Source: Tolypothrix carrinoi HA7290-LM1 (GTDB lineage: Bacteria > Cyanobacteriota > Cyanobacteriia > Cyanobacteriales > Nostocaceae). Taken from it: a stretch of 56,940 bases of DNA. Within the stretch, counting starts at the first letter, position 1; each line of letters opens with the position of its first letter. The position numbers and the translations under genes were made by a program. Positions 39,226 to 49,382 of this stretch are shown here, piece after piece. Under the pieces are notes generated by a model. That model saw nothing but the letters and a program-made list of their open reading frames with translations, was not told the origin of the DNA and ran no database searches. Where the stretch lies: the NCBI GenBank assembly GCA_019358935.1, contig JAHHIK010000052.1, positions 1 through 56,940 of the forward strand. The letters run 5' to 3'.

Positions 39226-42200
39226 ATGAGCTACACAACAATTAACACAGAAACATTTCTTAAAGCGATCGCTCCTTTTGACCAACTTTCACAAATCGCA
39301 CTATCTAAGGTATCACAACAGACGCAATTATTGCGCTACCGCATGGGACAAACAATTGTCATGCGGGAAAAAATACCCGCTGTCATTTCCATTATCTTTG
39401 AAGGACAAGCGCGACTATTAGGATACGATCCAAAAAATCAGATGCCGGTAACTTTAAAGTTACTGCAAAGAGGAGATATTTTAGGTTGGGTTGGGTTGGT
39501 GCGTGGAGTTGGTTGTGAAACTGCGATCGCTTCGGGTGAAACTATCTGTCTAACTCTAAAATCTACCGAATTTATCACACTTTTACAGCAAGAAAAAGCC
39601 TTTGCATCTTACTTTCACAATCGTGCGGAATTAATCGAAGTCTTTGATTTATTAGCAGCAGAATTGCAAAGTCGTGCAGATAACGAGTTATTACTTGAAG
39701 CGACTCATTCAAATTCGTTGAAAGAATTAGCTTTAAAGGTTCATTCTCAAACTCAAGTCGTCAATCTTCCCCAAGATTCTCAAAGTGAACTGCAAAGCGA
39801 TCGCTTATGGTTAATTAGTGGGGGAACCATTCCACTTGATGCGATCGCTACTCGCTATCATCCCGAAACGCACCTCACAAAAAAAAGCCATCTGCGTTTA
39901 CTTGGCTTTCCCGACAATATTCTCCCCACACTGGGGGACAAGGGGACAGGGGGACAAGGGGGACAAGGAGGACAAGGGGGACAAGGGGGAATTTCTTCGT
40001 TGTCCACTTCCTTTGATGATATTCCTTACGCACCAGATGAACCGGAAGGAAGACACGCAGAAACTTCTAGCCTAAAAAAATATCCACACTCGCGCGGCAG
40101 TGGTAAAATAGATGCGGCTCTAGCTTGCTTCCAAATGTTGAGCAAGCAACTAAATTTGCCTTTTCGTAGCGAAGTTTTGCGTAAGATTTTGCTTTCGCAG
40201 CAACGACGAACAGGTTCGCTATCGTTGCAGCATTGTGGAGCGATCGCGGAATCATTGGGTTTAAATGCCCAACTTATCAGTTTACCAGTCAGCGCGGTCG
40301 GACGACTTCAAGCACCAGCGATTGTTCAATGGCAAGATAGTTTTGCGCTACTTTACGAAATCAATACTCAAGCGATCGTTTTAGGAATTCCCGAAGTTGG
40401 AGTTTTACGGCAAAAAACCGCAGATGTTGCCAGTATTATCCTACAATCGGCAACCAAGCCAGAGGAAGCTCCAAAAGAAACTGTACCAGTCTTGCTGTTA
40501 CAACAAACTAGATATACACCCCAGCAAAAGTTTGGTTTAAGTTGGTTTTTACCTTCTTTATACAAATATCGTCAAGTACTAATAGAGGTATTTATTGCCT
40601 CATTCTTTGTCCAATTATTTGGGTTAGCAAATCCGTTGATGACCCAAGTTATTATCGACAAAGTTTTAGTCCAAAACAGCGCTGATACGTTGCAAGTCTT
40701 GGGAATTTTTCTCATAGTAATTGCAGTATTTGAGGCAATCCTAACCAGTATTCGGACTAATTTATTTGTCGATACCACCAATCGAATAGACTTAGCGCTG
40801 GGTTCAGAAATTATTGACCATTTGCTACGTTTACCTTTACGATACTTTGAACGTCGTCCTGTAGGTGAATTATCAACGCGAGTAAATGAGTTAGAAAATA
40901 TTCGGCAATTCTTAACCGGAACAGCTTTAACAGTCGTTTTGGATGCGGTGTTTTCGGTTATTTATATTGTGGTAATGTTTATCTACAGTTGGCTGCTGAG
41001 TTTAGTAGCACTTTCTACATTACCATTATTCGTACTTTTAACAACATTAGTTTCTCCAATTGTCCGACGACAACTGCGAACAAAAGCAGAACGCAATGCG
41101 GAAGCACAATCTCATTTAGTTGAGGTGCTATCAGGTATCCAGACAGTAAAAGCGCAAAATATCGAATTGCGATCGCGTTGGCAATGGCAAGAACGTTACG
41201 CTCGTTACGTCAGCGCTGGATTTAAAACAGTCCAAACATCCACCGCAGCAGGTTCCACCAGCAACTTCTTAAGTCAACTTTCCAGTTTACTAGTGTTGTG
41301 GGTAGGAGCATATTTAGTACTCAAAAACGAACTTACTTTAGGGCAATTAATCGCCTTTCGGATTATAGCAGGTTACGTCACCAGTCCATTGCTGCGCTTA
41401 ACGCAACTATGGCAGAACTTCCAAGAAACAGCACTTTCTTTGGAAAGGTTGAGTGATATTATCGACTCACCTACAGAATCTTCTCTAAGCGATCGCGGTA
41501 ACATTCCCATGCCGATGATTCAGGGTTCAGTCAAGTATGATAATGTATCTTTCCGCTTCAATCCCAGCGGACCGCTGCAACTCAACAATATCAACTTAGA
41601 ATTTCCGGCTGGTATATTTGTCGGGATAGTCGGTCAAAGCGGTTCCGGTAAAAGTACTTTGATGAAACTTCTGCCGCGTTTGTATCCTTTAGAATCAGGT
41701 CGAATTTTAATCGACGGTTACGACATCAACAAAGTCGAACTTTATTCACTCAGACGACAGATAGGTATTGTACCACAAGATACGCTGCTATTTGATGGAA
41801 CAATCCAAGAAAATATCGCCTTAAATTATCCAGACGCAAGCTCAGAAGAAATTATCGAAGCTGCCAAAATTGCCTTTGCTCACGAGTTTATTATGAACCT
41901 ACCCAATGGCTACAATACCAGAGTTGGAGAGCGCGGTGCATCGCTTTCTGGGGGACAGCGACAACGAATAGCGATCGCTCGAACCATCTTGCAAAACCCG
42001 CAAATGCTAATTCTCGACGAAGCTACCAGCGCTCTTGATTACGAATCAGAACGGCAAGTTTGTTTAAATTTAGCCGAAGCATTTAAAGAACGTACAGTTT
42101 TCTTTATTACCCACCGTCTCAGCACAATCCGCAATGCCGACTTGATTTTAATGCTCGATCAAGGCTTTGTAGTTGAACAAGGAACCCATCAACAATTAAT

Positions 42201-42258
42201 GACTGAAAAAGGTCGTTATTACTGCTTATATCAACAGCAGGGAATGGGTAATGGGTAA
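39226..42258 (+). CDS. Type I secretion ABC transporter (cNMP-binding + C39-like + TMD + ABC), HlyB family
   Basis: GQSGSGKST, LSGGQRQRIAIAR, LDEATSALD; in-frame STRR linker at ~39932-39990. Confidence 0.93.
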   Translation: MSYTTINTETFLKAIAPFDQLSQIALSKVSQQTQLLRYRMGQTIVMREKIPAVISIIFEGQARLLGYDPKNQMPVTLKLLQRGDILGWVGLVRGVGCETAIASGETICLTLKSTEFITLLQQEKAFASYFHNRAELIEVFDLLAAELQSRADNELLLEATHSNSLKELALKVHSQTQVVNLPQDSQSELQSDRLWLISGGTIPLDAIATRYHPETHLTKKSHLRLLGFPDNILPTLGDKGTGGQGGQGGQGGQGGISSLSTSFDDIPYAPDEPEGRHAETSSLKKYPHSRGSGKIDAALACFQMLSKQLNLPFRSEVLRKILLSQQRRTGSLSLQHCGAIAESLGLNAQLISLPVSAVGRLQAPAIVQWQDSFALLYEINTQAIVLGIPEVGVLRQKTADVASIILQSATKPEEAPKETVPVLLLQQTRYTPQQKFGLSWFLPSLYKYRQVLIEVFIASFFVQLFGLANPLMTQVIIDKVLVQNSADTLQVLGIFLIVIAVFEAILTSIRTNLFVDTTNRIDLALGSEIIDHLLRLPLRYFERRPVGELSTRVNELENIRQFLTGTALTVVLDAVFSVIYIVVMFIYSWLLSLVALSTLPLFVLLTTLVSPIVRRQLRTKAERNAEAQSHLVEVLSGIQTVKAQNIELRSRWQWQERYARYVSAGFKTVQTSTAAGSTSNFLSQLSSLLVLWVGAYLVLKNELTLGQLIAFRIIAGYVTSPLLRLTQLWQNFQETALSLERLSDIIDSPTESSLSDRGNIPMPMIQGSVKYDNVSFRFNPSGPLQLNNINLEFPAGIFVGIVGQSGSGKSTLMKLLPRLYPLESGRILIDGYDINKVELYSLRRQIGIVPQDTLLFDGTIQENIALNYPDASSEEIIEAAKIAFAHEFIMNLPNGYNTRVGERGASLSGGQRQRIAIARTILQNPQMLILDEATSALDYESERQVCLNLAEAFKERTVFFITHRLSTIRNADLILMLDQGFVVEQGTHQQLMTEKGRYYCLYQQQGMGNG

Positions 42259-42380
42259 TGGAGAATTGGGAATTGGTAATAGGGAATAGGTTAATAAAAA
42301 CAATTACCAACTACCCATTACCCATTACCCATCACCAATTACCCATTACCCATTACCCATTACCCATTACCAATTCCCAA
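42240..42380. repeat. Inverted STRR heptamer arrays (GGGTAAT)n/(ATTACCC)n between hlyB and hlyD
   Basis: Visible complementary heptamer arrays overlapping the stop and start codons. Confidence 0.9.
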
Positions 42381-43822
42381 TGAATTCTGAATTTGACCAA
42401 CCTGTAATTTTACAGCGATCGCCTATATTATCGCGAGCAGTACTATATTCTATTGTTGGTGTAACTAGCTTCACGCTTATTTGGTCTGCCGTTGCTAAAA
42501 TTGAAGAAGCGATTCCAGCGACTGGTAAACTAGAACCACAAGGAACGGTAAGAGAAGTTAAAGTACCGCTCAATGGTTTGGTAAAAGAAGTTTATGTTAA
42601 AGACGGTCAACAAGTTAAGCAGGGAGACTTGCTGTTGCGTCTTGACCACACTGCACAAAAAGCGCAAAAAGTCTATTTCCAGAAAGTTCGTAATACTTTG
42701 TTACAGGAGAATCAATTTTATCAATCCCAAATGGGTGGTAAGGTTCGCATTCCGGCGACAAATCAAGTAAAATTGCCTGAAGAAATGGCAATGTTGACGA
42801 AAAATCGCGCAGCTTTAGTTGCGGAAAATCAACTTTATCGAGTGCAACTTTCCGGAAAATCGTCAGGAATAAATCTGACTTACGATCAGCAATTACGCTT
42901 GCAAACCAGTCAGCAAGAACTGAAAACAAAAGCTGCTACAGTGAAGTTAGAAGCCTCGCAATTAGAAAAGCAGGTGGTACAAAATCAGGTAAAATTGGCG
43001 AATGCGAAAAACGTTTTAAAAATCAATTCCCGCATTCTCAAAGACTTAGAACCGTTGTTTAAACAAGGTGCGATCGCTCGACTGCAATATTTACAGCAGC
43101 AGCAGCAAGTAAGCACTCAGCAGTCAGAAGTCGATGAGTTAATTCAAGAAGGAGAACGCTTGAAATTAGCGATCGCACAATCTGGGGAGCGTCTGCAAAA
43201 TACCATGTCTGCGTCCAGCCAAGATTTGTGGACGAAAATAGCCGAGAACGACAAACGCATCGCGGAAATAGACAGCCAATTAAAAAAGGCGATCGTTGAA
43301 AACGAAAAAAACATTGCCGAACTCGACAGCCAAATCAGCCAAAATCAAGTTTCTTTAGATTATCAAGAAATTCGTTCCCCAGTCAATGGTACAGTATTTG
43401 ATTTGAAAGCCAGCAACCCTGGATTTGTCGCAAATTCCACCGAACCAGTTCTGAAAGTTGTACCCGAAAACTCTCTCAAAGCCGAAGTATTTTTAACTAA
43501 TAAAGATATTGGTTTCGTCAGAGCAGGAATGCCTGTAGACGTGAGAATTGACTCTTTTCCCTTTAGCGAATTTGGTGATATCAAAGGTACACTAGAATCA
43601 ATCGGTTCCGATGCCCTACCACCCACCGAAATTCGTCCATACTACAGCTTTCCAGCGAAAGTGCGTTTAAATCAGCAAACACTTATAGTCAAAGACAAAC
43701 AACTACCTCTTCAATCAGGCATGTCAGTAAGTGTTAACATAAAACTACGAAAACGCACAATTTTGAGCATCTTCATAGACGGATTTACCCAACAAATAGA
43801 AAGCCTAAAATTCATGAGATAA
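42380..43822 (+). CDS. HlyD-family type I secretion membrane fusion protein
   Basis: GKLEPQG, VKDGQQVKQGD, IRSPVNGTV, DIGFV..FPFSEFG, LQSGM. Confidence 0.95.
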   Translation: MNSEFDQPVILQRSPILSRAVLYSIVGVTSFTLIWSAVAKIEEAIPATGKLEPQGTVREVKVPLNGLVKEVYVKDGQQVKQGDLLLRLDHTAQKAQKVYFQKVRNTLLQENQFYQSQMGGKVRIPATNQVKLPEEMAMLTKNRAALVAENQLYRVQLSGKSSGINLTYDQQLRLQTSQQELKTKAATVKLEASQLEKQVVQNQVKLANAKNVLKINSRILKDLEPLFKQGAIARLQYLQQQQQVSTQQSEVDELIQEGERLKLAIAQSGERLQNTMSASSQDLWTKIAENDKRIAEIDSQLKKAIVENEKNIAELDSQISQNQVSLDYQEIRSPVNGTVFDLKASNPGFVANSTEPVLKVVPENSLKAEVFLTNKDIGFVRAGMPVDVRIDSFPFSEFGDIKGTLESIGSDALPPTEIRPYYSFPAKVRLNQQTLIVKDKQLPLQSGMSVSVNIKLRKRTILSIFIDGFTQQIESLKFMR

Positions 43823-43896
43823 ATTACCTATAAAAAATTAAATTCGTAGTAAGCGCAGAGAGCGCTTATCCATGACTACAAGCAAAGACGAAAAAA

Positions 43897-44610
43897 CTAA
43901 ATTGCAGCAGAACTAGCCTCATCAACTTTGAGAGTTGTACCCGTGATGAACTTAGCATCATCAGAAATCAGAAAAGCAACTGTTTTCGCAAACTCTGCAT
44001 AGGTTGCAGGACGACCAAACATCAAATCGGTTGGCACATTCCATCCTTCAAGTTCTTCCATACTGTCTGCAACAAAGAACGGAGCCACAGAAATCATGCG
44101 AATTCTATCCGCTTTGTAACGCTTGGCATACAGTTTTGTGAATCCTTCCATTGCAGCGCGGAGTGTACCGCTAAATGGTGTTCCTAACCCTGGTTCCTGA
44201 GAATCACATGCGGAGATATTGACAATCGCCCCGCCTCCTTGTTGTTGCATGGGTGGAGTAACCAGTCTTGCCATGCGAACCACACTCAGGAATAGCATTT
44301 GAAAATTCTCTATCCACATTTCATCAGAAATTGATAGTAAATCTGGGCGGGGTGGATCTCCGAAACTATTTACCACTGCATCAACTCGACCAAAGTTCAA
44401 GAGCGTTGTCTCAACCAACTGTTGCAAATCTTGGGGATTTGCGATGGAACCCTCAATTGCAATACCCCCCAACTCTGAAGCTAACTCAAAGACGCTCTTG
44501 TTTCGCGCCATAAGTGAAACCCTGTAGCCCCGTGAAAAAAGTTCTCGCGCACAACCTGCGCCAATTCCGCGACTTGCAGCCGTAATAATCGCAACTTTTT
44601 GTGAATTCAT
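43897..44610 (-). CDS. SDR-family oxidoreductase (intact copy)
   Basis: VAIITAASRGIG, IVNIS, FITGTTLKVD. Confidence 0.92.
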   Translation of the reverse strand: MNSQKVAIITAASRGIGAGCARELFSRGYRVSLMARNKSVFELASELGGIAIEGSIANPQDLQQLVETTLLNFGRVDAVVNSFGDPPRPDLLSISDEMWIENFQMLFLSVVRMARLVTPPMQQQGGGAIVNISACDSQEPGLGTPFSGTLRAAMEGFTKLYAKRYKADRIRMISVAPFFVADSMEELEGWNVPTDLMFGRPATYAEFAKTVAFLISDDAKFITGTTLKVDEASSAAI

Positions 44611-44817
44611 TTGAGCAGTTTAACTCTGGACTTTCTAAAGTTTTTTTATAATGTATCATATCAAAAACCGTCTTGAGAAAGGTACTAATTATTTCTTAAA
44701 ATCCCCCTCAGGCGCTTTAGCCGCTGGCTCACAAACAAAGCTTGCCTACGCAGGCTAAATTAAACTCATCTTCATATAAAAATAGTATAATTACGTCCTT
44801 GATTTTCATATATTCAA

Positions 44818-45807
44818 ATGGACTGGAACCAACTCGCAGAAACTGCACTAACTCAATACAATATCACTAAGGGGAGATTATTTTTCCTTGGTCATAGCGA
44901 AAACCTAACCTTTCGCGTAGAAACATGTGACACCACATCAACAAACAGTAACGAACCAGCAAAATTCCTTCTTCGCATCCATCACCCAATTGCTCAACAA
45001 AGCGATTCAATTTGGCAGCAACACAACGTAATTGAGTCAGAACTTTTGTGGCTGTCCGCATTACGTCGCGATACCAACCTAATAGTACCGAAGCCAGTGC
45101 AAAACAAAAACGGCACCTTCGTCACCTCTGTAGCAATTGATAGAAAACCACCGCTCAATTGCACTTTAATGCAGTGGGTTGAGGGTTGCCAAATCAGTAC
45201 CCAACCCACACCAACTCAAGCATGGCAAATTGGAGAATTAATGGCTCAGTTGCACCAGCATACCAGCCTTTGGGAGTTACCTTTGAACTTCGTGCGACCA
45301 AAATACGACTGGGAGGAGTTACAAACCTCACTGATGAGGCTGCATCTAGTGACAATATCTGACGCTAATTTTGCTGTGCTTGAGACAACAGTCAAGCAAA
45401 TTGCTCTAGTGATGACAGCGCTAGGAAAAACACGCTCTTGTTGGGGTGTGATACACGCAGACCTGAACGAAAACAATTATATCTTTCATCAAGATGAAGC
45501 ACGAGCGATCGACTTTTCACGTTGTGGCTTCAGTTATTATCTTTATGATATTGCCTCTACACTGCTACATCTGCTTTGTGAAAACCGTAGAGCGTTCCTC
45601 AATGGTTATCAAAGCGTGCGCTTATTGCCTGATGACTATGAAAATATATTAGAGGCATTTTTTATCGCCGCAATGATAGATAATTTTGCATTTCATGCCT
45701 CAAATCCAAACGAGCGCGATTACTTATTGGAAAATATACCCTACGTAACTGAGACACTTTGTAGCAGATATCTTCAAGGCAAACCATTCTTATTTTATTA
45801 CTACTAA
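44818..45807 (+). CDS. Aminoglycoside/homoserine-kinase-like phosphotransferase (APH fold)
   Basis: SENLTFRV, LLRIH, IHADLNENN, IDFS. Confidence 0.88.
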   Translation: MDWNQLAETALTQYNITKGRLFFLGHSENLTFRVETCDTTSTNSNEPAKFLLRIHHPIAQQSDSIWQQHNVIESELLWLSALRRDTNLIVPKPVQNKNGTFVTSVAIDRKPPLNCTLMQWVEGCQISTQPTPTQAWQIGELMAQLHQHTSLWELPLNFVRPKYDWEELQTSLMRLHLVTISDANFAVLETTVKQIALVMTALGKTRSCWGVIHADLNENNYIFHQDEARAIDFSRCGFSYYLYDIASTLLHLLCENRRAFLNGYQSVRLLPDDYENILEAFFIAAMIDNFAFHASNPNERDYLLENIPYVTETLCSRYLQGKPFLFYYY

Positions 45808-46281
45808 AGAAAGAGGAATAATTACTTCTTTACCCAACAGATAGAAAGCCTAAAATTCGTCAGATAAATCACCTATAAAAAATTTCGTAGTAAGCGCAGA
45901 GAGCGCTTATCCATAACTACAAGCAAAGACGATAAAACTAAATCGCAGCAGAACGAGCCTCATCAACTTTAATAGTTGTACCCGTAATGAACTTAGCATC
46001 ATCAGAAATCAGAAAAGCAACTGTTTTAGCAAACTCTGCATAGGTTGCAGGACGACCAAACATCAAATCGGTTGGCACATTCCATCCTTCAAGTTCTTCC
46101 ATACTGTCTGCAACAAAGAAGGGAGCCACAGAAATCATGCGAATTCTATCCGCTTTGTAACGCTTGGCATACAGTTTTGTGAATCCTTCCATTGCAGCGC
46201 GGAGTGTACCGCTAAATGGTGTTCCTAACCCTGGTTCCTGAGAATCACACCGATATCTCAACGGCGGGGTAGCCCCCGCAT

Positions 46282-46485
46282 TCATGCGTGGGGGTAAGCC
46301 GTTGGCGATTTTAATCGCCGTCCCCATTCCTCTACTAACTCACTAGCGCTAATACCTCTATTTTTAGCTTCATCTTTAATATTGTCCCAAGCTGTTGGAG
46401 TTAAAAATACAGTTCTTTTGCCCTTTATTTCATCGTGGTAAACTGGTTGATTTTTAATTCTTTTTAGCCCTTTTTTAGTTGTCAT
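46282..46485 (-). CDS. Small ribbon-helix-helix (CopG-like) protein inside the IS
   Basis: RTVFLTPTAWDNIKDEAKNRGISASELVEEWGR beta-alpha-alpha pattern. Confidence 0.7.
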   Translation of the reverse strand: MTTKKGLKRIKNQPVYHDEIKGKRTVFLTPTAWDNIKDEAKNRGISASELVEEWGRRLKSPTAYPHA

Positions 46486-46543
46486 TTTTAGAACCAATTG
46501 CTATACTAAATATACTATAAAAGATAAAAGGAGGTGATTCAAT

Positions 46544-48076
46544 CTGGCAGCAAAAACATCTAGTTTAGTTGCAGAAATACCATTAATAACGACATCTAAA
46601 GACCTGGCTGTTCTTGCTGCCAGGTTGGAAGCAGGGAGACAACTTTATAATGCTGTATTGTCTGAAGGTAAAAATAGACTTCAGTTGGTAAGAGATTCTG
46701 AACTTTACCAGCAAGCCAGACTTATAAACAAAAACGATAAAAAAGCCAAATCTACAGCCTTCCAAAAAGCTAGGGAAGCTTATCGTTTTAGTGACTACGA
46801 CTTGCAAGCTTTCGCTAACAAAACAGCTATTGCAAGTATTTGGATAAAGTCTCATCTTGATGCAAATACAATTCAAAAAATAGCTACCAGAGCATTCAAA
46901 GCTGTTGAGCGAATGATGTTTGGTAAGGCGAAAAAAGTTCGTTTCAAACAAAAAGGGCAATTTGCGTCTTTAGAAGGTAAAACCAATAAGCAAGGCATTC
47001 GTTGGACTGGCAACTGTGTTGAATGGTCAAAGTTGAAACTGTCCGGCATCATTACCAACGACCCTGTAATTTTGCATGGGCTATCATCAGGGATTAAATA
47101 TGTGCGCTTAGTGCGTCGTATTCTTAATCAAAAAACCTATTGGTTTGCTCAATTGGTTTGTGAGGGAGAGCCTTATCAAAAGCCTAAAAATATTATCAGT
47201 GATGGTACTGTTGGTATTGATTTGGGCGTTTCAACTGTTGCAATTGTTGGAGATGAAGAGACTATCTGGACTTTTTTTGCAGCCGAACTACAATCAAAGC
47301 AAAAGAAGATTTTATTGTTACAGCGCAAGATGGATAGGCAACGTCGCGCTAATAATCCTGATAATTTCAACTCTAACGGCACAGTTAAAAAAGGTAGCAA
47401 GCGTTGGAATAAATCCAGCCGTTATCAAAAAACTGCCTCTTTAAAACGCGAGATAGAACGTAAGCAAGCGGCTCAACGTAAATCGTCTCATGGCAAATTG
47501 GTTAACCAAACTTTGAAACTCGGCAAGCATATCAAAACCGAGAAAGTATCTGTCAAAGCATGGCAGAAAAATTGGGGTAAGTCCATTGGCTTTAAGTCCC
47601 CATCAAGTTTTCAATCTGAACTAAAGCGCAAAGCTGAAAACGCTGGCGGTACAGTTCTAATGTTTTCGACTCGTAAAACTGCACTGTCGCAAACTTGTTT
47701 GTGTGGTAATAAGCAGAAAAAATCATTATCTCAACGTGTTCATCATTGCTCTGCCTGTGGGCTTAAGATGCAACGTGATATTTTGTCAGCTTATTTGAGT
47801 CGTTACGTCGATCCAAAAACAGAAACTTTGTCAATCAAGCTAGCCAGAAATGGTTGGCTAGGGATGGAACAATCCTTGCTGGACGGTTGGCAAATAGGGT
47901 CAAATCAATCTGCGAGAACTGCGACTAGTTCAAAGTCTCCTATTTCTAGTAGCAGTACTAGCTGTGGGATAGAGCAGATGTCCAGTAATCCAATAGCTCG
48001 TGAGGAGTCGGAACCTGTAAGGGTAGACGAAACTCACGCAGTGAGTTGGAACCCCCTGCCTGAAGGCATGGGGTAG
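46544..48076 (+). CDS. tnpB: RNA-guided endonuclease TnpB (~510 aa, probable CTG start)
   Basis: RuvC I VGIDLG, RuvC II KTEK, Zn finger CLC..CSAC, RuvC III QRDILSA; AGGAGG at 46529 then in-frame CTG. Confidence 0.9.
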   Translation: MAAKTSSLVAEIPLITTSKDLAVLAARLEAGRQLYNAVLSEGKNRLQLVRDSELYQQARLINKNDKKAKSTAFQKAREAYRFSDYDLQAFANKTAIASIWIKSHLDANTIQKIATRAFKAVERMMFGKAKKVRFKQKGQFASLEGKTNKQGIRWTGNCVEWSKLKLSGIITNDPVILHGLSSGIKYVRLVRRILNQKTYWFAQLVCEGEPYQKPKNIISDGTVGIDLGVSTVAIVGDEETIWTFFAAELQSKQKKILLLQRKMDRQRRANNPDNFNSNGTVKKGSKRWNKSSRYQKTASLKREIERKQAAQRKSSHGKLVNQTLKLGKHIKTEKVSVKAWQKNWGKSIGFKSPSSFQSELKRKAENAGGTVLMFSTRKTALSQTCLCGNKQKKSLSQRVHHCSACGLKMQRDILSAYLSRYVDPKTETLSIKLARNGWLGMEQSLLDGWQIGSNQSARTATSSKSPISSSSTSCGIEQMSSNPIAREESEPVRVDETHAVSWNPLPEGMG

Positions 48077-48100
48077 TTCAGGCGGAGATGTTGACAATTA
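47900..48100 (+). ncRNA. Predicted TnpB omega/reRNA; guide from flanking host DNA (~GGCGGAGATGTTGACAATTA); 5' boundary approximate
   Basis: Established TnpB architecture (RNA overlaps the tnpB 3' end and right end); low-complexity Ser-rich C-terminal tail. Confidence 0.55.
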
Positions 48101-48524
48101 CCCCACCTCCTTGTTGTCGCATCGGTTCCGTAACCAGTTTTGCCATGCGAACCACACTCAGGAACAGCATTTCAAAATTCTCTATCCACATTTCGTCGGA
48201 AATTGATAGTAAATCTGGGCGGGGTGGATCTCCGAAACTATTTACCACTGCATCAACTCGACCAAAGTTCAATAGCGTTGTCTCAACCAACTGTTGCAAA
48301 TCTTGGGGATTTGCGATGGAACCCTCAATTGCAATACCCCCCAACTCTGAAGCTAACTCAAAGACGCTCTTGTTTCGCGCCATAAGTGAAACCCTGTAGC
48401 CCCGTGAAAAAAGTTCTCGCGCACAACCTGCGCCAATTCCGCGACTTGCAGCCGTAATAATCGCAACTTTTTGTGAATTCATCTGAGCAGTTTAACTGTA
48501 GACTTTCTAAAACTTTTTTTATAA

Positions 48525-48762
48525 ATAGGAATGAGCGCAAAAACCTCTCAAACTCTCAACTTCTGTGTCCTCTCTCTTGAAAAGGTCTGATGCCTTCTCC
48601 TGTCGGAGAGGCTTCGCCAACGGCAACCCCTTCGGGGAACGGAGGAAACCTCCGCTCAACGCCAGTTCGCCCAAGTCGGGAAACCCGCCCAAGCGACTGG
48701 CTCGACTTTTCGCTGCTTCCTCTGCGGTTCGTTTTCCATAATTTTTGCGTAAGTCATTATAA
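48525..48762. mobile_element. MITE with TTATAA duplication and nested small repeats
   Basis: Absent from the paralogous segment upstream of the first SDR; ends TAGGAATGAGCGCAAAAA / TTTTTGCGTAAGTCAT. Confidence 0.75.
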
Positions 48763-48877
48763 AGTATCATATCAAAAACCCTCCTGAAGAAAGAAGAATA
48801 ATTACTTCTTCAAGATGAGGCAAAACTAATGATTTAGCTGCTTAGGTTGAGGATAGCAACCATTAAGCCTAAAAACC

Positions 48878-49069
48878 ATGAATAAGACGTTACTATCAAT
48901 TTTAATCTTTGCCTTCTTACTCTTGTTTATCGTTTCTCCCTTTGCTGGACTTGCTAGTTTAATGCTCGTGTTGTTAGTAGGAGCGTTTTTCTCTTTAGTA
49001 GGGAATATCTTTCAAGCAATTATTGGTAGTAACAGCGATTCTCGATCGCAAAAAGAAGCTCACGACTAA
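48878..49069 (+). CDS. Small two-TM membrane protein
   Basis: 63 aa hydrophobic ORF with SPFAGLASLM. Confidence 0.65.
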   Translation: MNKTLLSILIFAFLLLFIVSPFAGLASLMLVLLVGAFFSLVGNIFQAIIGSNSDSRSQKEAHD

Positions 49070-49382
49070 AAGCATTTATTTTTTTGCAAGTTTAGAAGTT
49101 GTGCGATGGCACAAAGTGCCCGCCGTAGGCGATCGCGCTTAGAAAAACAAGATACCCGACTTCTCGCTTTAAGTCGGGTATCTAAAACCAAATATTACTA
49201 TACCTACCATGCAAAACATCGAAGCGCAAGTACACTACAGTAGGGTGTGTTAGCTGCTTTGAGTACGGCACCTTAGACTATTTATGGTGCGTTAGCTGCT
49301 TTGAGTACGGCACCCTACAATTTAATTTTCTTAACTTCTCTAATAAGTCGGGTATCTGAAACAAAATATTAATCTACCTACC

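Larger units (their letters stand above)
46250..48080 (+). mobile_element. IS200/IS605-type (IS1341-like) element: TnpB + divergent RHH-like gene, no TnpA
   Basis: Boundaries set by the empty paralog (GAATCACA|TGCGG; 2-bp CA ambiguity); subterminal hairpins CCCCCGCAT-TC-ATGCGTGGGG and CCCCCTGCC-TGAA-GGCATGGGG; ends GTTCA. Confidence 0.92.
45938..48482 (-). pseudogene. Second SDR copy split by the TnpB element
   Basis: 48081-48482 and 45938-46249 join to a full SDR that differs from 43897-44610 at 23 positions by my count. Confidence 0.92.

Noticed and set aside
45938..46327. 129-aa ORF as an independent gene
   Set aside because: Fusion of IS left-end sequence to the 3' half of the disrupted SDR
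46250..48080. Cas12/type V CRISPR effector or IS607 element
   Set aside because: No CRISPR array and no serine recombinase; subterminal hairpins fit IS200/IS605
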